From assembly GCA_951406725.2 (NCBI GenBank), contig OX597815.1, positions 208,692,001 through 208,756,000 on the forward strand: a stretch of DNA of 64,000 bases, given 5' to 3'. Positions 12,174-24,367 of the stretch are shown here, piece after piece. Source of the DNA: Octopus vulgaris. Taxonomy: Eukaryota. Within the stretch, counting starts at the first letter, position 1; every line of letters begins with the position of its first letter. Under the pieces are notes generated by a model. It had not been told where the DNA came from and did not search any database. It worked only from the letters and a program-made list of their open reading frames with translations. The translations under genes were made by a program, and so were the position numbers.

Positions 12174-12924
12174 ATTTCGTTACTGTATTTCTGTTGAGAT
12201 GCTCTGTCTTTCTTTCAATTAATTTTAAATATAACAAAGAATTTAGTAAAATAACTTAAGCTTTTTTTTTGTTTTATTAAGCCACTGTCTGGAATTTCAT
12301 TCATTATGAAAGGAAAACTTCGTTATCATTAAGCTAATATTAGGAGTATAAATTGTGACTAAGGTTTGGTGGAAGATTTCAATTCAAAACTTATGAAAAC
12401 AAGACATTTGTACTTCAGGGCCAGAGGCAGTTTCAGCCGAGTCGGTATCAAAAGGTGAGCTAGCAGAAACGTTAGCACGCCGGGCGAAATGCGTAGCCGT
12501 ATTTCGTCTGCCGTTACGTTCTGAGTTCAAATTCCGCCGAGGTCGACTTTGCCTTTCATCCTTTCGTGGTCGATTAAATAAGTACCAGTTACGCACTGGG
12601 GTCGATGTAATCGATTTAATCCGTTTGTCAGTCCTTGTTTGTCCTTTCATCTCAATCGAAGGAGAGGAGCTTTCTCCGTCCGGGTTGCGGATCCGTGGAA
12701 CAAGCTGCCAGACGAGATGGTGAAGATGCCGACGACCGCTTTGTTCAAAGCCTCCCTTGACCTCAAGTGGCCTGAACTCTTTACATGAACACCACCCTGT
12801 ACTTAACTCCATGTCCCCCTACATGGCCTTGCTATTTGCTTTTGAGCCAAATTAACTAACTAACTAACTAACTAACTCTGTGTTTAGCCCCTTCTGGGTA
12901 GTAAAGAAATAGGTATCAAAAGGG
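12174..12924. mobile_element. piggyBac-type MITE interrupted by SINE C, which is itself interrupted by a CR1 3' fragment
   Basis: MITE body 12174-12455; SINE C ~12456-12911 flanked by duplicated GGTATCAAAAGG (12444-12455, 12912-12923); MITE end AAAAGGG follows. Confidence 0.85.
12645..12876 (+). mobile_element. CR1-clade LINE 3' end (end of ORF2, 3' UTR, (TAAC)n tail)
   Basis: Open frame 12645-12788, FHLNRRRGAFSVRVADPWNKLPDEMVKMPTTALFKASLDLKWPELFT*, matches the CR1 FSxRVxxxWNxLP...FKxxLD motif; tail (TAAC)6 at 12853-12876. Confidence 0.85.
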
Positions 12925-14157
12925 TTGAGAGTGTTCCCAGAGCACTGAGCAGCAGCCGTGATGTCAGCATTTTGATACCTGGCACAGATCATCAAGACAC
13001 AGGTTACACTTTTCCAGTATTCAGATGGTTTCTAGTCCTCTATGTCGACTTTTTACACGACGACAAATTGAATTTTTTTGCTCTCCAATGCCAGTGATTG
13101 TTCACCAATACATCAAGCCGTTCTTGAAAGAAGCAAACATACTCTTTTGCATTGCAAGCATATGCTCTCCTACAGAAAGAAAAGATGAGGGGAGGGGAAA
13201 AAAAACGGAGCAAGTAAAGAGCAAGTAATGTGTCTCAATTGGACAGTTACCACATGATGAAATGACTGGAGGAAGAAGAGAGAAGAGGGTGCTAGAGGCA
13301 TGAGTGGTAAGGGAAACAATAGTGAAGTTGCCATATGAAGGGATTTCTACCAACTTACATTAGTACAGTACAACCATGAGTACTAATGAGCAAGTATGGT
13401 TCGTTAATATATACTGTCATCATCATCATCATCATCATCATTGTTTAACCTCCACATTTACATGCTTGCATAGATCCAGTGGGAATTGTTGGGGCAGAAT
13501 TTCTATGACTGGATTTCCTTTCTTTCATTCACCATTCCATGCTTCTAATAAGGCAATATTTTCCCACAGCCGGACATGTTTTTCACAGATGATTGAAAAT
13601 GAAGAACCTTACTCATGTGACACTGACACACCCACACACACACACACACCCACACCCACACTCAATAGAGCAACATGTAATAAAGTGCCAACATGAAATA
13701 CAGGACACAATGTGCCACCTGGTCCAGAAATTGAACCTACGGTCTTAAGATCATGAGCCGAACACCCTAACTGCTTGGCCACATCCCTTCACTAACCTGT
13801 ATTACTCCACTAAACAATTTGTTATTGCATTTTTCTATGAGATGAATTATTTCACTCTTTAGCATTTAAACCACTCATATCCAGCCCAAATACTTTACCT
13901 GTTTTGTGTTCAAACTTGGCCAGATCTGGCTTTTCACACCTACCTTTCAGTATCTTCCTAAAAATACACAAAAACATCATTGAAATCCTGAAGCGATGAG
14001 ATAAGGCAGGATTAAACTTAAAACATTGTGAGTAAATAAGTGTCATATTTGACAGGGTAACCTAAATGCTAAAGAACTAATCAGCAAATTCTGTTGTTTC
14101 CATTCTTTGCTTCTAATTAATTGCCACAACTAATTATTGTCTTTTTATAATTTATAG

Positions 14158-14279
14158 ATATGATCGATCAGGGCTTGAAACTTACTGATCTACCTCACAT
14201 AGTCGTTACAACACCAGGACGACTTGCTGACCATTTGGAGAGCTGTGACACATTTAATTTCAATCAGCTGAGATTTCTG
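14158..14279 (+). CDS. DDX49: Internal coding exon of a DEAD-box RNA helicase (DDX49/Dbp8-like), motif Ib TPGR
   Basis: Acceptor ttttataatttatAG (AG 14156-14157) and donor GTAAGA (14280). Spliced to 3808 it reads in frame N-MIDQGLKLTDLPHIVVTTPGRLADHLESCDTFNFNQLRFL, with PHIVVxTPGRLADH typical of DDX49/Dbp8. It stops just before the expected DEAD motif. Too short for the ORF track. Confidence 0.9.
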
Positions 14280-14349
14280 GTAAGATAGTTAATTACTTTG
14301 TTTTTTAGTCCTGTTTGTTGCTTGTGATTTACTGTAAACATTAAATTAA

Positions 14350-14570
14350 CCCATTCGTTACTGTATTTTTTTTTTAGATGCTGTGTGTTTCTTTCAGTTA
14401 CTTTAAATATAACAAAGAATTTAGTAAAATAACTGAGTTATCTTTAAGCTAGTGTTAGGAACATAAATTGGGACTTAGGTTTGGTGGAAGATTTTAATTC
14501 AAAACTTATGAAATCAAGACATTTGTACTCAGAGCCAGAGCCGGTTTCAGCCGGGTTGGTAACGAAAGGG
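14350..14570. mobile_element. piggyBac-type MITE (family M1, ~221 bp), TTAA TSD
   Basis: TTAA|CCCATTCGTTAC...GTAACGAAAGGG|TTAA; lies 70 bp downstream of the exon donor. Confidence 0.92.
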
Positions 14571-15268
14571 TTAACATTGCTTGGGGTTAACATAAGCTGG
14601 AAACTAAATAAAATCTGTTTACTTCCTCTGACATTTGCCCTCCTTCTGGTAACTGGTTCTTGATATTCTGTATGGAGTCAAAACTGATACCCTGGCATAG
14701 TCCTCCGGGTTATTGGGGGTAATGAAACCATCAAACGATAACGAAAATGGGACCATGTTCAACCCTTTTGTTTGACCCAGTCTTAGTTTTATTTAGTTTT
14801 GAGAAAAATTAAGAATTTATCAAAATAACCATGTCCTTATTAAGCTATTGTTTAGAACATAAAACACGTGAAATTTTGATGGAAATATTTGGTTTAAATA
14901 ATTTTAACCCCTTTGTTAACTATATTCCTTTTGAAATACACTGTCTTTGTTTCAATTAGTTTTGAAAATAATGAAGTAATTTTGTCCCCATAAAGCTAGT
15001 GTTCAGAATGGAAACTGATATGAAAAGCTAATGGAAGGTTTTGGTATAGATAATTGTAACCATTTAACATTCAGATTACTTTGTCAAATGTAATGTTTAT
15101 CTAGTTACACTATCTTGAATTACTAATGAATTGTCTCATAGCTTTGAAATTTCAGTGATGTGATTGTTTATTTTTAGAATTATATTGTAGTGTAGATGTG
15201 AGAGGCTGAATCTTTCTGGTTTGAACACAAAAGAGGAAGAATATTTGGGCTGGATATGGCCAGATTAA

Positions 15269-15490
15269 CCCTTTCGTTACTGTATTTATTTTGAGATGCT
15301 GTGTTTTTCTTTCAATTACTTTAAATATCAATAAAGAATTTAGTAAAATAACTTAGTTATCATTCAGCTAGTGTTAGGAACATAAACTGTGACTAAGGTT
15401 TAGTGGAAGATTTTAATTCAGAATTTATGGAAACAAGACATTTGTACTACAGAGCCAGAGGCAGTTTCAGCCGGGTTGGTATCAAAAGGG
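15269..15490. mobile_element. piggyBac-type MITE M1
   Basis: TTAA|CCCTTTCGTTAC...GTATCAAAAGGG|TTAC. Confidence 0.9.
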
Positions 15491-15813
15491 TTACAAAAGA
15501 AGGAAGGACATGCTGGATAATGTATTTGAGTCTACTCTGTCTGAAAGATAGATGAGCAGTTCATGGCATGAAGGTATGTGCTCATAGGTGTGTTTGTTTA
15601 GGGTTGGAATCATTAGAATAGGTATAGGTGTGTTGCATTGAAGAAGCAAAACTACGATGCTGTAAATTTGTTTCATTTCTCCTTCAATACCATAAATAAA
15701 GTGATTGATTAAGCAATGTAATCGTACTTCCTTCATGGGAAACCTCAATCTAGCTGTTTAACCTGTCAACTGTAGCAGCCAAAACTCCTTCAAATCATAT
15801 CCTACCGTCTTAA

Positions 15814-16034
15814 CCCTTTCGTTACCATATTTATTTTGAGATGTTCTGTGTTTCTTTCAATTACTTTAAATATAACAAACAATTTAGTAAAATAACTTAG
15901 TTATCATTCAGCTAGTGTTAGGAACATAAATTGTGACAAAGGTTTAGTGGAAGATTTTCATTCAGAACTTATGAAAACGAGACATTTGTACTAGAGAGCC
16001 AGCGCCGGTTTCAGCCAGGTTGGTATCAAAAGGG
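15814..16034. mobile_element. piggyBac-type MITE M1
   Basis: TTAA|CCCTTTCGTTACC...GGTATCAAAAGGG|TTAA. Confidence 0.92.
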
Positions 16035-16378
16035 TTAAATGCTAAAAGGTTAAAACAGATTTCGTGACATAGAACCAAAAGCTACTTAATCTCCTGTAAA
16101 GTCCAGATTTGTTATTGCAAACTAATGTGACCCTGTTAATGATACTTGGCAGTAAAGCATGAAATGGAGTTGCAATTTTTATAAAATATATAAAAGTTTA
16201 CATAAATTATAAAATGTGGTTTTTAAGTGGAAGGTTAAGTATTGACAGTTGTACTGTTTACCAGATAAGTTTCAAGGACTAATGTTTAATCAGTTTATGT
16301 CAAATGTCAATTTGACTAGAATACTTTTATGTTTAATCAAACTCTAATTAACCCTTTAGCATTCGGATTTCTCTCTTC

Positions 16379-16602
16379 ACTCTTTTACTCTTTTACTTGT
16401 TTCAGTCATTTGACTGCGGCCATGCTGGAGCACCGCCTTTAGTCGAGCAACTCGACCCCGGGACTTATTCTTTGTAAGCCCAGTACTTATTCTATCGGTC
16501 TCTTTTGCTGAACCGCTAAGTAACGGGGACATAAACACACCAGCATCGGTTGTCAAGCAATGCTAGGGGGACAAACACTGACACACAAACACATACACTC
16601 AA

Positions 16603-16664
<62 letters not shown>

Positions 16665-17443
16665 CAAATCAAATCAAATCAAATCAAACCAAATCAAAAT
16701 AGATGAACATCAATGGAATTTGTATCCCTGTGGTACCAGTGCCGGTGGCACATAAGAAAACCATCCGAACGTGGCCGTAGCCAGTACCGCATCGACTGGC
16801 CTCCGTGCTGTGGGCACGTAACAAACACCATCCGATCGTGGGCGTTCGGCAGCCTTGTCTGGTACCTGTGTCAGTGGCACATAAAAAACACCATCCGAGC
16901 GTGGCCGTCTGCCAGCCTCGTCTGGCACCTGTGTCGGTGGCACATAAAAACACCATCCGAGCGTGGCCGTCTGCCAGCCTCGTCTGGCACCTGTGTCGGT
17001 GGCACATAAAAAACACCATCCGAGCGTGGCCGTCTGCCAGCCTCGTCTGGCACCTGTGTCGGTGGCACATAAAATCACCCACTACACTCTCGGAGTGGTT
17101 GGCGTTAGGAAGGGCATCCAGCTGTAGAAACACTGCCAGATCTGACTGGCCTGGTGCAGCCCTCAGGCTTGCCAGACCCCAGTTGAACCGCCCAACCCAT
17201 GCTAGCATGGAAAGCGGACGTTAAACGATGATGATGATGATATATATATATATATAAATATATATATATATACATATATACGACGGGCTTCTTTCAGTTT
17301 CCGTCTACCAAATCCACTCACAAGGCTTTGGTCGGCCCGAGGCTATAGTAGAAGACACTTGCCCAAGGTGCCACACAGTGGGACTGAACCCGGAACCATG
17401 TGGTTGGTAAAAAAGCTACTTACCACACAGCCACTCCTGCGCC
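16379..17443 (-). mobile_element. SINE family A with a family B element inserted in its internal microsatellite
   Basis: 3' half at 16379-16660, 5' half at 17241-17443 (reverse complement of the head). Confidence 0.9.
16664..17240 (+). mobile_element. Family B element with an expanded ~62-bp internal tandem array
   Basis: (CAAAT)n start, repeated GGTGGCACATAAAAAACACCATCCGAGCGTGGCCGTCTGCCAGCCTCGTCTGGCACCTGTGTC, then GGCGTTAGGAAGGGCATCCAGC and (GAT)n tail. Confidence 0.9.
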
Positions 17444-17762
17444 GGTCAAATGCAAAACTTCTTTATTCATGTTGTTTTCAGTTAATCATTCATTATCTCG
17501 TAACTCCCAGATTTCGTATGATATGATTGTTTAGTTTCAGAATGACATTATAGGGTAGGTGTGAGAGGCCAGACCCTGGTGTTTTGGATGTAAAATGTGT
17601 AGAATATTTGGGCAAGATTTGGTTGGTTTAAATGTTAAAAAAGTTAAATACAGTAGATCAGTGCTTGAAATATAATCAAGAGAATGGTTAGAGAAAGATT
17701 TTCTGGGAACATAAAACCTGTGTTTCAGAAAAGAACAGCAAGAAATCGAAGCATAATATATA

Positions 17763-17920
17763 AGCAGGCATGGCTGTGTGGTAAGAAGCTTGCTTCCCAA
17801 CCACATGGTTCTGGGTTCAGTCCCACTGTGTGGCACTTTGGGCAAATGTCTTGTACTGTAGCTCCAGGCTGACCAAAGCCTTGTGAGTGGGTTTAGTAGA
17901 TGGAATTTCAAAGAACCCTG

Positions 17921-17960
<40 letters not shown>

Positions 17961-18180
17961 TTACAATGTATATGTCTGTGATTGTCTTCCTGTCACCACT
18001 TGAAAACCGGTGCTGTTTTGTTTACATCCTCATAACTTAGCAGTTTGGCAAAAGAGACTATTACGATAAGTACCAGGCTTAAAGAAATAAGTCCTGGGGG
18101 TTGATTTTTCCGACTAAAATGCTCCCCAAACTGACACTCCAGTATGGCCGAAGTCAATTGACTGAAACAAATAAAAGAAT
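17763..18180 (+). mobile_element. SINE family A, diverged
   Basis: Colinear with the family A consensus. Confidence 0.8.
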
Positions 18181-18598
18181 ACGTCTGAACTCCGAATAGA
18201 TTGGTAAACAGCAAGAAGAAGAAGAATAAACCCTGCAGTAGAAGTGAAAATCAATTTACCTTTCTGTAGAAACTATAGTATCATCAAAAGTTGGTAAATA
18301 TCCTGATGGAAAACAGCCAATTAACTGGTCTGGTTTTGTCATTAAAGGTAATTACTTTATGTTGGATGCTCATCAGGTGAAAAACCAATCAAAAAGGCAG
18401 AAACACATTTGGCACTAATAACAAAGTGTTATGAAATATGTGACTGTTTTGTGTCATGTGAAATAATTTGTTAAAACTTAATGCTGTAGATTCAGTTTGG
18501 TGAATATCCATTTTTCGGTAAAATTTTGTTCATATTTAAGTATTTGGCATTTTAATCAGCTGATTCTCATGTATTGTGAAACTGAGAATACTTTGAAT

Positions 18599-18645
<47 letters not shown>

Positions 18646-18650
<5 letters not shown>

Positions 18651-19128
18651 CGATGCCAGCGCCACCTCCACTGGCTTCCGTGCCGGTGGCACGTAAAACA
18701 CACCAATCTTACCGTACAACAGGCACCCATGCCAACCCCCTTGCTTGCGAAGACATGTTGGGGCAAGCGAAATCGAAATCGAATTGAACCAGCCAGGATC
18801 CCTGGTCTGGTGGTACGTAAAGAGCACCATCCGACTCGTGGCCGATGCCAGCACCGCCTTGACTGGCTTCCGTGCCGGTGGCACATAAAATACACCAATC
18901 CGACCGTGGCCGTTGCCAGCCTCGCCTGGCACCTGTGCAGGTGGCACGTAAAAAACACCCACTACACTCACGGAGTGGTTGGCGTTAGGAAGGGCATCCA
19001 GCTGTAGAAACACTGCCAGATAAGACTGGAGCCTGGTGCAGCCTTCTGGCTTCCCAGATCCCCGGTCGAACCGTCCAACCCATGCTAGCATGGAGAACGG
19101 ACGTTAAACGATGATGATAATGATGATG
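18646..19128 (+). mobile_element. Family B element, long form
   Basis: Tandem GGTGGCACGTAAAA units, GGAAGGGCATCC motif, (GAT)n tail. Confidence 0.88.
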
Positions 19129-19552
19129 AAAGTAACAAACTGAGGAAAAGAGTCCCTTCAAAGGGGTGTGTTAAACATCCACTTCACTGGTACGTCAGTT
19201 GGATACCATATAAATGTGTGTGTAATGCAATTACGGAGATAAATTAAATTGAGAGAAAATTTGAGAATCCAATAATTCATTTATATTATATTACAATATT
19301 ACATAATATACTATGAATATAATGTAACATAATATTATATAAACAAATATTGTAATATTATAATATGATATAATATATTATTGGATTGTCAATAGAATCT
19401 TTCTATTTAATTTATCTTATATTTATGTATATATTTATTTATTTAATTATATAGTTATAATTTTCTTACGAAATGCACAGCGTAAACGTACTCAAGTCGA
19501 ACCTGAGGCATTAGATAAATACTGTGGATAGAATGGAAAATATTCAAATCAG

Positions 19553-20244
19553 GCAGACTATGATTAACACATACATATATGTATTTAGTTAACCCTTTCA
19601 TTACCGTATTTACTTTGAGATGCTCTGTGTTTCATTCAATTAATTTAAATATAACAAAGAATTTAGTAAAATAACTTAGTTATGATTAAGCTAGTGTTAG
19701 GAACATAAATTGTGACTGAAGGTTTGGTGGAAGATTTTAATTCAATACTTATGAAAACAAGACATTTGTACTACAGAGCCAGAGGCGGTTTCAGCCAAGT
19801 TGGTATCGGAAGGGTTAAGATAACATAAGGAATGCCTAAACTGAAACATATATTGATATAAAATATATATAGAAATATAAAAAATATATGAATACTAAAC
19901 ATATACATGGACATGTAGGTATATAGATATATAAACATAGTAATAACAGAATATAGATAAAAATGATAGTGGAATATAGATTCAAAACGTTTTTAAAAAA
20001 ATATTACTTTATCATATTTTAAATTTAAAAAAAACATTTTGTATCCATATACTACTATCATTTTTATCTATATTCTATTATTCCTATGATTATATATCTA
20101 TATACCTATACGTCCATGTATATTTTTAGCATTCATATATTTTTATATTGTTATATATTTAATATACCAAATTATATTTCAGTTCGGGCAATCCTTATTT
20201 TATCTTAACTAAACCCGTATATTTATGTACTAATCGTAGTCTGC
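19553..20244. repeat. Long imperfect AT-rich fold-back (inverted repeat) with an M1 MITE inserted in the left arm
   Basis: GCAGACTATGATTA vs TAATCGTAGTCTGC at the ends; AGAATATAGATAAAAATGATAGT vs ACTATCATTTTTATCTATATTCT internally; centre ~20010. Confidence 0.8.
19593..19814. mobile_element. piggyBac-type MITE M1
   Basis: TTAA|CCCTTTCATTACC...GGTATCGGAAGGG|TTAA. Confidence 0.9.
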
Positions 20245-21051
20245 GATTCTATTCTATCCACTATATATATATATATTCTATCCACTATATATATATAAAT
20301 ACATGTATACACACACACACCTATGTAGATAAATGAGTGTGTGTGTTTGTTTCCTATGACTTGCTTGACAACCAGTGCTGGTCTATTTACATCCCCAAAG
20401 CTTAGTGGTTCAGAAAAGATTAAACACCAGAGTTAAATTAAAAGAAAAAAAAATTTGATTTGTTTGACTCTGCCTTTCCAGGTGGTGCCCCAGCATTGTC
20501 ACAGCCCAGTAACCGGAACAAGTAAAAGATAAAAGATACCTAAATACAATTTCGATACAATTTAAAATAACTGATGTGTTATTAAATTGACATAGCATAT
20601 TTTATTTTATTTTATTTTATTTTATTTTATTTTATTTCTAAGTTTCAATTTTTCCTACATTCTATTCTGTTTCTTTGTTATTTACAATTCTGTGCAGTTT
20701 TGCATTCTGTGATAACATTTGTCATAATTATGAAAATATTTATTTTCCTCTTGTAAATACATTTTCTCTTTCAGAACAAAATCAATTTCTCTCCCAAAAT
20801 GTGTTTAGTTTAACTTGAAAACGTTTTCGATGTTATTTTCTTTCTTTTCTTAAATCGGTCATCTTCCTGAAAAATTTATTTCTCTTTACTAAATTTCTTT
20901 AATAACTCACTCGCTTTCTTTTATTACTTCTCTCAGAGTTTAGAATGTGGATGGAGTAATTCAAAGTACATACATAAAATATATGTTTTTTACATGTTTC
21001 TTTCCATCATGCATGGGGAGAGAGAATTTATTATTTGTTTCAGTTAAAATA

Positions 21052-21623
21052 TTGGGTTGCCTGGAAAGTTTGTGCCAATTTTTAAAGGAAAGAAAAAAAA
21101 TAAATAAATACTTGCCAATACATTTTTAATCCACCAAATATGAACCATTTTGTTGCACAATGTGTCTCCATCTTTCCTTTAACTTGAAAATACCCCCCTT
21201 CCCAGAATTGAGGTGGTTTCATGGCAAAGAATTCATCAAGGTATCTTTTTACATCATCCAAGGAATTTAAATTTTTACCGTTAAGACTATTCTGCAGAGA
21301 CCCGAATAAGAGGAAATCCGAAGGAGCAATATCTGGTGAATATGGAGGGTGGGTGGGGTAACACATCCCAGCCGAGCTGGAGCAACTTTTGTCTGACTCC
21401 CAAAGCATCAAGTGCCAAAATTGAACTTTCTTATTTTCCATCTTAAAGGGTTACAGAATTAACACAGGTTTTAGAAAGATAGACCTTTTTCCACAAAAAG
21501 ATAGCTTAAACTGTGCTCTAGATGGAGGTGTAGTCAAATCCTATTTTATGGACTCTACCATGTTCTAAAATAAGTCGAACGGTAAGCTACTATAAATCGG
21601 CATGAACTTTCCAGACAACCCAA
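21052..21623 (-). mobile_element. Internally deleted mariner element, TA TSD
   Basis: TIRs TTGGGTTGCCTGGAAAGTT / GAACTTTCCAGACAACCCAA flanked by TA; remnant ORF with HPPYSPDIAPSDF (mariner YSPDLAPxD motif) fused to a short N-terminus MENKKV. Confidence 0.9.
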
Positions 21624-22032
21624 TACTTGTTTATATAGCCTGATGCCCTTCCTGACCAAGTAATTGTGAATTAAGAAATGCAGCTTCAATGAAGTGAACA
21701 GACCGATGTATGTATGTAATGTGTATATTATCACCATCCAACTTCTCTTTCCCCTGCTGCGTTGGTTGGACTGTTTAACAGAAGCTGGTGACTAAGAGCA
21801 CTGCTTCAAGTGCTACTGTTAGTTTTGGCATTGTTTCTATGGCTGGATGTCCTTCCTAATGCCAACTACTTCACAGATTGTACTGGGCACTTTTTTACAT
21901 GGCACCAGTGAGATCACCAGGTAACTTGTAACATAGCAACTCATCTGAGAGGGGAGTGGCACTAAGGGAGGTGGCTTTGTGCCAGGTGATGAAAGGGCTA
22001 AAGTATGGGTGTTTTCTTGTAGAGGAGAGACT

Positions 22033-22069
<37 letters not shown>

Positions 22070-22670
22070 GGTGGTGAGGTACCAAGGAATATCGGTAAGT
22101 TACAAAGAGGGGATTGTAAGTAGAGTTGTACAGATGATTGGAAAAGGGTGAGTAAGCAGGGGTTCAGGAAACTGGAAAAGGGGATTGAGGTACAGGAGAA
22201 GAGAATGGGAATGCAGTGAGTGGTGAAGATGGTGGTTTATAGGGGAGTGGCAGGATAGCAATGTTGGGAGGGTGGACTAGAGAGATGACAAAATAGTGTT
22301 GAGCTGAAGGGGCTGGCAGGTGAGGCACAATAAGCTCGTGTTTGGCTCATTAGGTGATGGGTGATTTAATGTATATATACATATGTGTGTGTATGTATGT
22401 ATGTATGTATGTATGTATGTATGTGTGTGTGTATATATACATATATATATATCTGTATAAAATTTATGGAGAGTTAGGGCTTCGAATGAATAAATGACAC
22501 CAGAGGGAACATACAGAGTAAACAGTTGATGAGGACAGGCATTAAGGGCTATTAGGCCAAGATGAGTTTTAATGGTTAATGCCTGGGAATAATTTTGAAA
22601 GGATATAGAATAAATAGAAGTGAAAAAAATAGTAGTTGGGCAAAAAATATCAAGAAGCGAGCGAAACACA

Positions 22671-22706
<36 letters not shown>

Positions 22707-22971
22707 CAGACAGAGTCTGTCAAATGAAATGTATACACACTTCAGGAAAGGAGAAAAAAAAATCTATGTAAATATTTTAATTCAGTGTATATTGCATTTT
22801 AATAAAACATTGAAACAGGTATTTATATTTAAGGAGCTATTTGTACAAGTTAAGGATTTATACAGATTTTTTTCTTTCCTGAAGTATGTATACATACTTT
22901 CGGCAGACTCTGTATATGGAAGCATTTACATGCCTTTTGAGGTTTATGTTTGCAGTTTTACCATTTAAGCA

Positions 22972-23378
22972 TCTATAATCTTTATATATAAAAGTAAGGT
23001 CGTGTGCTGTCTGTCTCCTACGATTTAGATTCCTAACTACTCCCACATTTTGCAGTGCAGTTTAACCAAAACCAGGTATCTTATAGTCGTGATTCATATC
23101 GAGCCCTTCTGGTTATTAGCACGCTTCTACGATGAGTCTACGATTTAGAAAAAAATTTACCATAATTTTTTTCCATTTTAATGCATTTTTTCGCTATTAT
23201 ATAAGGGAAGTAACTCTCTTAAAATGTCTACGATGAGTTAATGATTTAAAAAAAATTTACCATCATTTTTTTCCCATTTTTAATGCATTTTTTTGCTATA
23301 TTTTGGCTATAACTCTCTAAAAATGCTTATATAGTTATTTCCCTTACAAACCCGAGCAACGCTGGGCGATACTGCTAG
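22972..23378 (+). mobile_element. Non-autonomous Helitron
   Basis: A|TCTATAATCTTTATATATAAAAG 5' end; GC-rich subterminal hairpin CCCGAGCAACGCTGGG; CTAG|T 3' end; no TSD; internal duplication of CTACGATGAGT...TTTTAATGCATTTTT. Confidence 0.8.
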
Positions 23379-24336
23379 TACTTACTAAATTATGTGTGTG
23401 TGTGTGAAAGTTCAATGGAAATTGAAAATCCCACTCACATATTTTTTTCTGTAATGTGTTGCAAGCCATAACTTTCTGCATATTTTGGTTTAAATTCTTT
23501 GGAATATATCGTGCCTCTTTGAGTTTTCTGTACATTTTGTCTTCATTCCCAGCAAACCACAGGTAAACATTCAATGTCAGTGACATCATTTTAAGTACTC
23601 GTAACCCGAGAAAACCTTATTTCTAAAACTGTGACCTTTTCATTGATTCAGTTATGAACCGTTCAATTCTTTATCACACATTTTAAAATTGCAAAACCAA
23701 ATCTGCATTCTTGTATGAACATATTTCATTCAGTTATAGCTTCTAGTGTCATAGGTGCAACCGCTTACTCTGTTGATAAGAGCTATTATTTTTGATATGT
23801 TGAAAGGACATTTTGACATTGGAAAGATTTTTACTGATTTGTTGATGGCAAGTACAATTTCTAACTTAATTAACTAAATTTTCCATTGGTTTTAATTTTA
23901 TATTGATTTGAATTTTCGAAAATTCTTCTTCACATAACTACTTGACTTCTCATTTAGATATTGAACTATTTTGTTATTGTATACTGTAGTTAATGTTGTT
24001 CAACCCCTGCTCATCTCTGATTGAGCTGATCAAGGATTGAAGGCTCTCTAGCCATGACCATCTCCTTTTCTATGTTTGTGATACATTCCTCATTTTGTCG
24101 TTTCTGTTAAGATGGAGTGTGCTTTGAAGGAGCCTTTGGTTGGTACTGTTATTTGGCAGGCAACAAAATACACACACACACACTTACACACAATCTGTAC
24201 AAATTCATTCACAAAGCATTAGGCAGTAGCCAAGGTGTTGTGGAGTGGGACTGAACCCAAAGCCATGTGGCTGCAAAGCTAACTTATTAACCACACATGC
24301 ACAAACACCCATATGCACTCATGTTCTCTCTCTCTC

Positions 24337-24367
<31 letters not shown>

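Larger units (their letters stand above)
16352..17643. mobile_element. Older piggyBac-type MITE (family M2, CCCTTTAGCATT termini) split by SINE A
   Basis: TTAA|CCCTTTAGCATTCGGAT at 16352; body resumes at 17444 (GTCAAATGCAA...) and ends AATGTTAAAAAAG|TTAA. Relatives at ~13855-14078, 15060-15265, 30985-31444, 43015-43215. Confidence 0.7.

Noticed and set aside
16684-17224. Overlapping repetitive ORFs and a CRISPR-like periodic array
   Set aside because: Contiguous ~62-bp tandem units of family B with no unique spacers, no cas genes, eukaryotic context.
17578-17595. GTTTTGGATG (V-L-D) as the possible start of the DEAD exon
   Set aside because: Continues VLDVK, not DEAD; no acceptor; lies within a MITE.
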